Assembly: GCA_964499705.1 (NCBI GenBank)
Contig: CAZCME010000022.1
Coordinates: forward strand, 1-64,000
Direction: 5' to 3'
DNA: 64,000 bases
Source: an uncultured bacterium
GTDB lineage: Bacteria; UBA8481
The notes under the pieces were generated by a model. It did no database searches and had not been told where the DNA came from. It saw nothing but the letters and a program-made list of their open reading frames with translations. Positions within the stretch are counted from its first letter, which is position 1, and each line of letters begins with the position of its first letter. The translations under genes were made by a program, and so were the position numbers. Below, piece after piece: positions 62,501 through 64,000 of the stretch.

Positions 62501-64000
62501 GGTCTCGAGCGGCAACAGCCAGCACGGTGTGATGGTGACGACCGCATCGTCGAACAACACGATCACGGCCGGCAAGTTCGCGACCAACAACACCGGCATC
62601 CGGCTGAACCCCAACACGGGAAACAACACCGTGACGCAGAACACGGTCACGTCTCCGTCCGTCTACGGCATCGATCTCACGACCAGCTCCGGAAACTTCG
62701 TCGCCTCGAACACGGTCATCGGCTCCTCGGTCGACGGAATCATCCTCTCCAGCTCATCCTCGAACAACACGCTCTCCGGCAATTCCGTCGTCGGAAGCAT
62801 TCAGCATGGCGTTTACCTGACGTCCTCGACCGGCAACACGGTGATCAACAACGCGGTGAAGGGCAACGGGCAGCACGGCATCTACCTGTTGTCCGCCTCG
62901 AATAACAACATTCTCGGCAATCTCATCTCCGGAAACACCGGCCGCGGCCTCTTCCTCGATATCAGTTCGAACGTCGTCGCCGAGCGGAACCAGATCGACT
63001 CGAATGCGAATTACCAGTTCTACATCGACGGCGCATCCGTCTCCGACACGATCCGGAAGAACAACATCCTCGCATCGCCCACGTTCCCCGACTCGCTCGC
63101 CTACAGCGGCATCACGACAGCGGGAGTGCAGATCGACGTGCAGAGGAACTGGTGGGGCACCGTCGACTCGTCGATCCTGAAGTCGCGGATCTGGGGGCCG
63201 AGTCGGGACTCGATCGCGTATGTGAGATACCGCCTCGGCTTCGTCGACACGACGCTTTACGCCGACACCGTCGCGCCGGCGCGGCCGGACACTGTCACCG
63301 CGACCGCGATCGACTCGACGCGCGTGCTCGTCCTGTGGACGTCCGTCCAGACGTCCGAGGAAACCGAGACGTCGTTCGACCTCATGACATACCGCGTCTG
63401 GCGCGCGAATTCCCCCGAGTCGAGCATCTATATACTCCGTGGAACAATCGCGACGCCTTCGTTCACCGATTCCGGCCTCACGCAAGGCCAGACCGCTTAC
63501 TACCGCGTCACGTCGATCGACAATCACGTCCCGGAAAACCAGAGCTTCTACTCCGATTCCCAGCCGTCGGCGACGACGGCGACGGCAAGTGTGGCTACGG
63601 CGGCGTTGATGCCGATCGCGGGGCCGATTCACCGAGCCATCTCTGTCAATCCGGATTCGACGATTTTCGCTTTCAGTGTGTACGGCGCGAATCCCGACAC
63701 GATCAACGCCGTCGGCGTCAACCTCCTGGGGAACATGCCGGACTCCGACGTCGACACGATCGCGTTCTATCGTGACGGCAACAAGGATGGACTCTACCAG
63801 TCGAACCAGGACACATTCATCTCGAATCTGCCCTTCGTCTCCGGCGTCACCTGGCGCGCCACCGCCCTTTCGGCGGTCCTGTCCGGCGCAGACTCGTTCG
63901 TCCTGACGTTCGCATTGGAAGATACCGCGAACTTCCGCGACACTTTCACGGTCTCGATCCCCTCCAGCGAGATCACGATGTCCCTGGCGGGCTCGGCTCC
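44595..64000 (+). CDS. Giant exported multi-domain surface protein (>6,400 aa, runs off the window end): Kelch propeller + 9 parallel beta-helix/FN3-like modules
   Basis: Frame with codon starts at multiples of 3 opens after TGA at 44514. It gave coherent repeated protein motifs wherever I translated it, up to ...FTVSIPSSEITMSLAGSA at 64000. Missing from the ORF track, consistent with no stop in the window. Signal peptide ...LAASVLLCIFALAAPSWG. Alternative start GTG 44622. Confidence 0.9.
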   Translation, partial: MPTLGGAPNVARSGAQERWISSSLAASVLLCIFALAAPSWGAANSWSSLANTTATVDAGGALVYPGTGDTIYAFRGGITNMFWAYSISNNNWNSKASAPNSVNDGACLVYPGAGDTIYALRGNNFTDFWAYSISGDTWKIRTPTPNVVNSGGAMAYPGTGDTIYAFRGNNFTDFWAYSISGDTWKMRAPAPATVGAGGALAYGGIGDTLYALRGNSSGSFWSYNIVSNMWETKTPTPLAVSGGGALIHAGPGDTLYALRGWASTNFWAYSITGDTWVDKAITPNPIGTGGSLAYPSPGDTIYALGGNVASNFFGYTIRTPRPPSQTSFRGHRGNFSVARGDTAQIIATLHVVGDTDGPDTLQFLRVQTAGAFVPGNVKAVRVYVDAGLDSVFDGSDQLAGTLVPQGNGWESSSLAIPAAFSGTILLIAIEIGDTANFSDTFQAVIPPNGARFYNAESSPFAPLITSTILTIVDTSGPNTWFVNDTSPAGDVFTSDKGEFYYSGLSPNVPKRLNRTTIEKLTIGDTLRIDAGTYYDTISIKTDSVWILGKDSVATTILAPDTNGSVGAAFIIDSRQNVVVKDLRVEKGWDGIRIFNSDSCRIENVAAKFAGNYGLYFDNNSNLNVIRNSEFSFTGFRGVSIHNSDQNEFLGNLIRNNPGFTFFFDSSTNCLIQSNRSENNGNDGFRFTVAGGNRILDNISRNNLGAGFYINCNANAIAGNTAENNIEGFYFSAADNNTVIRNVSRNNSSNGVLVENGADLNYFAQNTFDSNAQYAIRLNTSGPAPLADTFVRNNIITPPQSPDSGVNTSVASPFLFTRNWWSAVDSTQIRNKIFGSGATNLTYIPYRLSGQVDTAPGADTIAPRAPDTVTAEGIGAGQVRVRWALPTIDEEPSGVGFNVSTYHIFRAPSPASDSWNLVGVAGAGGPQEFADSGVAAGETKFYRVAAGDNAAYKNFSFFSDSTPSAVNYSIATESEPPPGVTGQYETTANGAVGSDTGFSFGQGNADTLQLTFTNGSGNDTWIVKVPFKDGDTGGSMRSRGINNATMATSDTSRIRGYAYGVNAKFDVTVYDSAGVKLTEAYWNQAGESPVLRYFTAGTALNPNRTAFYWLNTLDSKWYDVAHPDSGMTKDSYLRTPESFSIRIDHFTHFFPGEGLVDTVTVVPADTTTIRNHARGEANVTVWAGYILADTAAGGDTLTQFEINNAGAMDSTKVASVRLFKDANNNQRFEQGVDTFIANLANVVGTNTTWRDAAITYPLSDLGESFIVVLDITNNATGSDTFQARIKAFTIKTTDEDTGPLFDRVNNGYIRVIDTSGPNIWYVNEATTFGDSFTSVIGDTTNNGLGANSPKRFINQVDPFLTPGDTVYIDSGIFYEAESIVISVGGVALIGVDSLSTIIDFSDSSFGADRMIYVNGGTNHTFRKFQITRGRRGIHLQGSDLSLIENITFQTCNPAQTALYFFSNADSNTVTNLHIINSGYGVEVSGASVGNVLSNLLIEANAVDGILITGANTSLTGSRSISNGGDGISVGSSNNRIVGNLVSGNVLNGIKISGGANDNYFAQNHIDSNSLYAVNFLVGGTSRDTFVQNNFVFGANIESGVNNPNGNPLLFTRNWWSTTDSTLLRNKIFGAGATALTYIPFRLGIVDTATGADSVAPRAPDTVSVVIVDSTKLRISWASVTVNEETTAFAVNLSGYRVYRSRTSDTALWIQIAQVGATVDTYIDVGLITDTNYFYRVTAFDGSSVENQSFYSDSIIGGTPSIDTSGPNKWYVNDLDTTGDVYATALGSDANSGVEISKPKRNIHAVVQFLTVGDTVYIDAGTYNGFITVNGNETASFNINQDTVWIIGKDSTSTIIDPPGSPGQAGLYGIYSDTRSNITIQDIGVTGANKGIYLYNVSNSRLTRDSSCVNGNVGISLLSGSNNNTVSNIVASSNTGAGLSLVASSSNIFSNLEAVANSSAGIDLASASNNNTWTGVTTKLNVTNGFYVDASSGNSIANSIISNNSFHGVQVATSGGSHTLAGNRIENNGSKGIDIASSITGLRIVGNSIKNSNSFGVDLGNGANDNYFAQNVFDSNGNYAINFQAGAFNSDTFHKNTFVFGSANPESGVYYTGGTLLDFTRNFWSVTDSAAVRGKFFVGGSNFQHIPFLLRRTDSTVGGDSVAPKAPDTVVATSLGAGQVRVQWALPTLDEEQSGVAFNVSTFRIYRATAPDSNNWILRAQQGSGSQTFIDSGVNNGDTKYYRITSSDNATPYPNESFFSDSKPLGVNYSLPTDSSPPPGATGQYDTTATGAIGSDTGIVFGQGNADTLNMTFTGPAGGDTWNVKIPFRDGDTGGSFRARRVNDAEIAASDTKRIRGFAYGNGARFDVTVYDSQGQRLTAAYWNQAGESPVLRYFTAGTNLNPNRTAFFWLNPADSKWYDVADVDSGMTNDVYLRTPESFSIRIDHFTHFFPGEGLVDTVSILPADTTTIRNHGRNELNVTVLALSIFGDTTNGDTLTLFEITNTGNVDSNKVSNVRLARDANQNNRFDTGIDTVVTNLPNVISSFATWRQAGINYAIAGTGDSFVVALDIGATAQNLDTFQAKIAAFTIKTTDEDTGPLVDKINQGYVRVIDASGPNIWYVNDLSTVGDSFTSAVGDSANNGLGANSPKRFLTYFDEQLTPGDTILIDSGTFTEGDTITYATNSIWMIGVDSLSTIIDFNDVTPANARAVYFNNSIGSIARNFKVYRSGLGVALNNSDSTLVSFVAVDSHASSGIIVLNTSDAAILQDNRITNGNSVGIHVDGTNNVTIRRNTVTGMASDAIFFVTGTGNTIVNNVVTRNASHGITFQSGVGSSYIESNVITLNTLSGLNLSTSNNFNFVFSNLFGNNGQYGVNIGSASNDNYFAQNHFDSNGTYALFFAAGGTSRDTFEKNVFTFSSQFPDSAIFTNIGNPMKLSRNWWSSTDSVVIRNRFFGSGVTGITYIPYLLSRPDTVLGSDTIAPRAPDTVTASILDSATLLIKWARVTQDEDSSPFSVNLSGYRLFRSQIFDTSLWVQRAQLSSSTDTYIDTGLVADTTYYYRVTAFDGSTPFENTSFFSDSIASATPGIDTTGPNNWYVNDNDTTGDVYATAFGDTANSGTLPTKPKRYLNQIEAFLTAGDTVYVDSGTYQENDSFCISQMGVRLIGKDSASTIVRFVAPSLDSSISILGAANVTIRDLKVEGGQYGIYLNSAVGATILRVWADTTAPLTGNHGFHIFNNSTDNFISNCVARGSYGVGFRIGSNSHRNTLVGNLVFNTQVSSPGFGIFANCDSLVLDNNVSRNNSQSGFQIDDAASGTGGCDTIHMSGNTIENNNGSGIDFFGSFQNHTDGYIRNNDIRNNSSDGINIGGVKRSVFIQNRLDSNAQWQITFTDGTLDTFTRNNILPSPTRPDSGFRNTFSGNLTATRNWWGTIDSVAVKAKIGGSARDSIIYIPYRLDVADSASGADTVAPKAPDTVAAQALGAGENRITWAISTTEEDPSGVGFNVSSYRIYSSNAIDSNNWFLRGTVGTTNQMYIDSNVAPGDTKFYRVSSGDNATYVNYSFFSDSQPSAILNHVVVDSATPAGITGQYDTTARGVVDQETGFEFGQGNADTLQLTFTDAGGNDTWIILVPFAADTGGAVRARRINNAEMATSDTSRIRGRIYGDGARFDVTQYDSQGIKRNNAYWTQLGESPVLRYFTSGTALNPNRTAFFWLNPVDSKWYDVRDPDSGITNDVYIRTPDSFSIRVNHFTHFFPGEGLVDTVSIVTHDTTSFDNAARGEPMVTIMALSIFGDTTLGDTITQFEISSAGNVDTNKLQFVQLARDANQNNRFDTGIDTIVASISSVAQTRATWRASAISVTLGGSGESFVVIGDIGAGAANLDTFQAKITAYTIKTFDEETGPSLTFTNSGFITIIDTNGANIWYVNDGSTVGDSFTSAIGDTLNNGLGINSPKRFINQVEPFLTAGDTIYVDSGTYQENDTVTLNGAGIALIGIDSQTSIIDFNDLGAANARSIQVLNSVNVTIRNLRVYRSRNAFTLENADTATISQVTMDSHSNSGVSLQNGSDNVVITDNLITNGNSTGIYVDASFFATIRRNTIRGMGSDQILVVSGDGATLTNNVVTQGASHGITLQAGVGAFEISRNIVTLNGIDGINLNSSNSSNRVFGNLLGNNGRYGVNIGNGASDNLFAQNHFDSNASYAIFFAAGGTLRDTFEKNIFTFAAQNPDSAVFTNIGNPMRYIRNWWSTTDSAQIKNRFFGSGITGITHIPFLLSAPDTNIGADTIAPKAPDTVVAIATDSTKVTITWTNVTLSEESETSIDGGGYRVYRALAADSNFYFLRGATSGGGQSYIDSGLTPGQTFFYRVTTFDTHIPENQSFYSDSQPSATTANGGVILSPGSQNPGPIHRQATFGTDSAVAALSITGAPVDTITFVSVRLIGATAITDVDSVIFYRDGNKNAQFESNQDTLIQYVSVAIVDTWYDPAGGISLNGSDSFLIVVAFEDTASFADTFTVTIPAGGFSLVNAGPVPAAPLNMAGIWTVSAGVDTSIANIWYVNDNATTGDSFTSAVGADYYNGLTIQTPKRNITMVTPFLTPGDTIFIDAGLFDSIVTIAPSETAAIHIDTDYVFVVGKDSLSTIIDPLGSVATTNLNGIYADTVIGLTIRNLAVTGASNGINLYNIDSSLIEGDSASSTGSRGIWLRAGSDNGIIRSNIANLNSSSGIEIDASSNNTVSGNSTASNSLHGIIVISGGTGNTITGNASQLNGQSGITVQSTNGHFITGNTSILNTSHGVQLVTSDANFVINNLLASNSSAGVRLDAGANANRIHQNEIVGNETGVQIVSSATGNTITKNNIRGNSIYNLLNLATTSDTITRNWWGSADTTVIAAKIGDTNNTFTPFRIGIVDTAALADTVAPKAPDTVTATATDSTRIRIDWTDPILTTEETETSVNFLLYRVYRATTADSATWNYRGGSVSGTFTDSGLSQGSSFFYRVTSVDNHTPYENQSFYSDSTPSATTPTASILAAALMPQPGPIHRASTGTDSTIFAITIYGANPDTVASITLSLLGSNIPDSDVDTVALYRDGNRNGLFESAQDTFVANLTAAGSGNFLATNSCTIAGVDSFVFVFAFEDTSFFTDTFTVRLPAGGVVLSNAGSGPGSPINLAGNWTVNAGIDTSIANIWYVNDSATTGDSFTSAVGADYYNGLTIQTPFRTINQVEPFLTAGDTIKVDGGFYYENDTITINQNGVFLIGMDSVNTVIRFDTTGTGGGRAIYATGQTNLVLRDFRVTNGRRGIWWNNVDLSAIERVRSETNGQIGIALLGNSDTNTLTLNASSGNGTYGIYLFSSSSNNTLTSNTSSGNSIDGFYLDASLNNTLTSNTSSGNSGYGILLFSSSNNNTLTSNTCSGNSNSGIALSSSSNNTLTSNTSSGNSSRGIDIASSSNNTLTSNTVDSNASWGFYISGTSVTDTISKNNWRGQPSGPAIDSAAFIDVGLGKFDFKRNWWDTADSGVLRSRINPGSRDSVTYYPFRLGLVDTAPLADTVAPKAPDTVTATAVDSTRIRIDFTNPIVTSEESETTIGFSTHRVYRSNTVDSTNWILRGATTSGMYTDSGLSQGATAFYRVTSVDNHTPTENQSFYSDSIPSATTATASVLAAAAMPIAGPIHRSSVGPTDSTIFAITISGANPDTVASITLALLGSNIPDSDVDTIAMYRDGNRNGIYESNQDTFVANLTAGGSSNFLASNSCTIAGVDSFVFTFAFEDTSFFTDTFTVRLPAGGVVLSNAGTGPGTPINLAGNWTVNAGIDTNGANKWYVNDTSTSGDSFTSREGASYWSGLSSQTPKRHIHEVTPFLTSGDTIMIDAGLYESYSIIVLGVESAVIKIDTDGVFVIGRDSAMTIIDPDGTNSTVGLYGLYADTQTGLTIRNIGFTGAWNGINFYNVDSSVISGDSVLSSGEHGILLQEGSDTNTVTATVSSGNSQHGVMVTTASSNNTITAGKFATNNTGIRLNPNTGNNTVTQNTVTSPSVYGIDLTTSSGNFVASNTVIGSSVDGIILSSSSSNNTLSGNSVVGSIQHGVYLTSSTGNTVINNAVKGNGQHGIYLLSASNNNILGNLISGNTGRGLFLDISSNVVAERNQIDSNANYQFYIDGASVSDTIRKNNILASPTFPDSLAYSGITTAGVQIDVQRNWWGTVDSSILKSRIWGPSRDSIAYVRYRLGFVDTTLYADTVAPARPDTVTATAIDSTRVLVLWTSVQTSEETETSFDLMTYRVWRANSPESSIYILRGTIATPSFTDSGLTQGQTAYYRVTSIDNHVPENQSFYSDSQPSATTATASVATAALMPIAGPIHRAISVNPDSTIFAFSVYGANPDTINAVGVNLLGNMPDSDVDTIAFYRDGNKDGLYQSNQDTFISNLPFVSGVTWRATALSAVLSGADSFVLTFALEDTANFRDTFTVSIPSSEITMSLAGSA
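44730..45540 (+). repeat. Six Kelch-like repeats (46 aa, exact 138-nt period)
   Basis: GDT(I/L)YA at 44796, 44934, 45072, 45210, 45348, 45486; most followed by (L/F)RG...FWAYSI...W. Confidence 0.85.
46032..64000 (+). repeat. Nine large tandem modules (W[YF]VN cap + beta-helix + RN[WF]W + D[TS]xAPxxPDTV + FN3-like domain)
   Basis: W[YF]VN starts at 46032, 48549, 49896, 52446, 53874, 56358, 58245, 60129, 62019. Confidence 0.85.
60564..60945 (+). repeat. Six near-identical beta-helix coils (23-24 aa)
   Basis: NTLT(S/L)N at 60564, 60636, 60705, 60777, 60846, 60915; first five continue (T/A)xSGN. Confidence 0.85.

Noticed and set aside
44504-63976. Dozens of short and medium ORFs in the track, e.g. 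55029..57806 (-) and 44648..45670 (+)
   Set aside because: All overlap the single giant +3-frame ORF, whose translation gives coherent repeated domains.

Overview
GC-rich chromosomal region from a bacterium that probably has an outer membrane. I recognised no rRNA, tRNA, CRISPR array, transposase or prophage gene. Layout: (1) mscS, then two tandem amt-glnK units each preceded by a sigma-54-type -24/-12 promoter, a lone flgG-like gene and glutamine-dependent nadE; (2) three exported proteins, one with a 12x 18-aa repeat; (3) recJ with an inserted DEDDh 3'-5' exonuclease domain, pdp/punA, leuA, serS, and a PfkB kinase fused to a QNG1/DUF2419-like glycosylase with an Fe-S motif; (4) PilZ protein, corA, a lipoprotein; (5) a ~12 kb minus-strand glycan locus (phosphoglycosyl transferase, CapD/PglF, degenerate DUF2723-like GT-C, 2 GT2, 2 GT4, O-antigen-ligase-like protein, MFS) divergent from a DprE1/DprE2-like pair; (6) yqgE, miaA with an in-frame palindromic insertion, and an AsmA-like protein; (7) from ~44595 to the window end, one + strand ORF of >6,400 codons that the ORF track missed because it has no stop here. 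That ORF encodes a giant exported protein: Kelch propeller, nine beta-helix/FN3-like modules, three HFT candidate autoproteolysis domains and very many D-S/T motifs. Four intergenic MITE/REPIN-like inverted-repeat elements are present. All calls come from motifs recognised by eye; no database searches were run.
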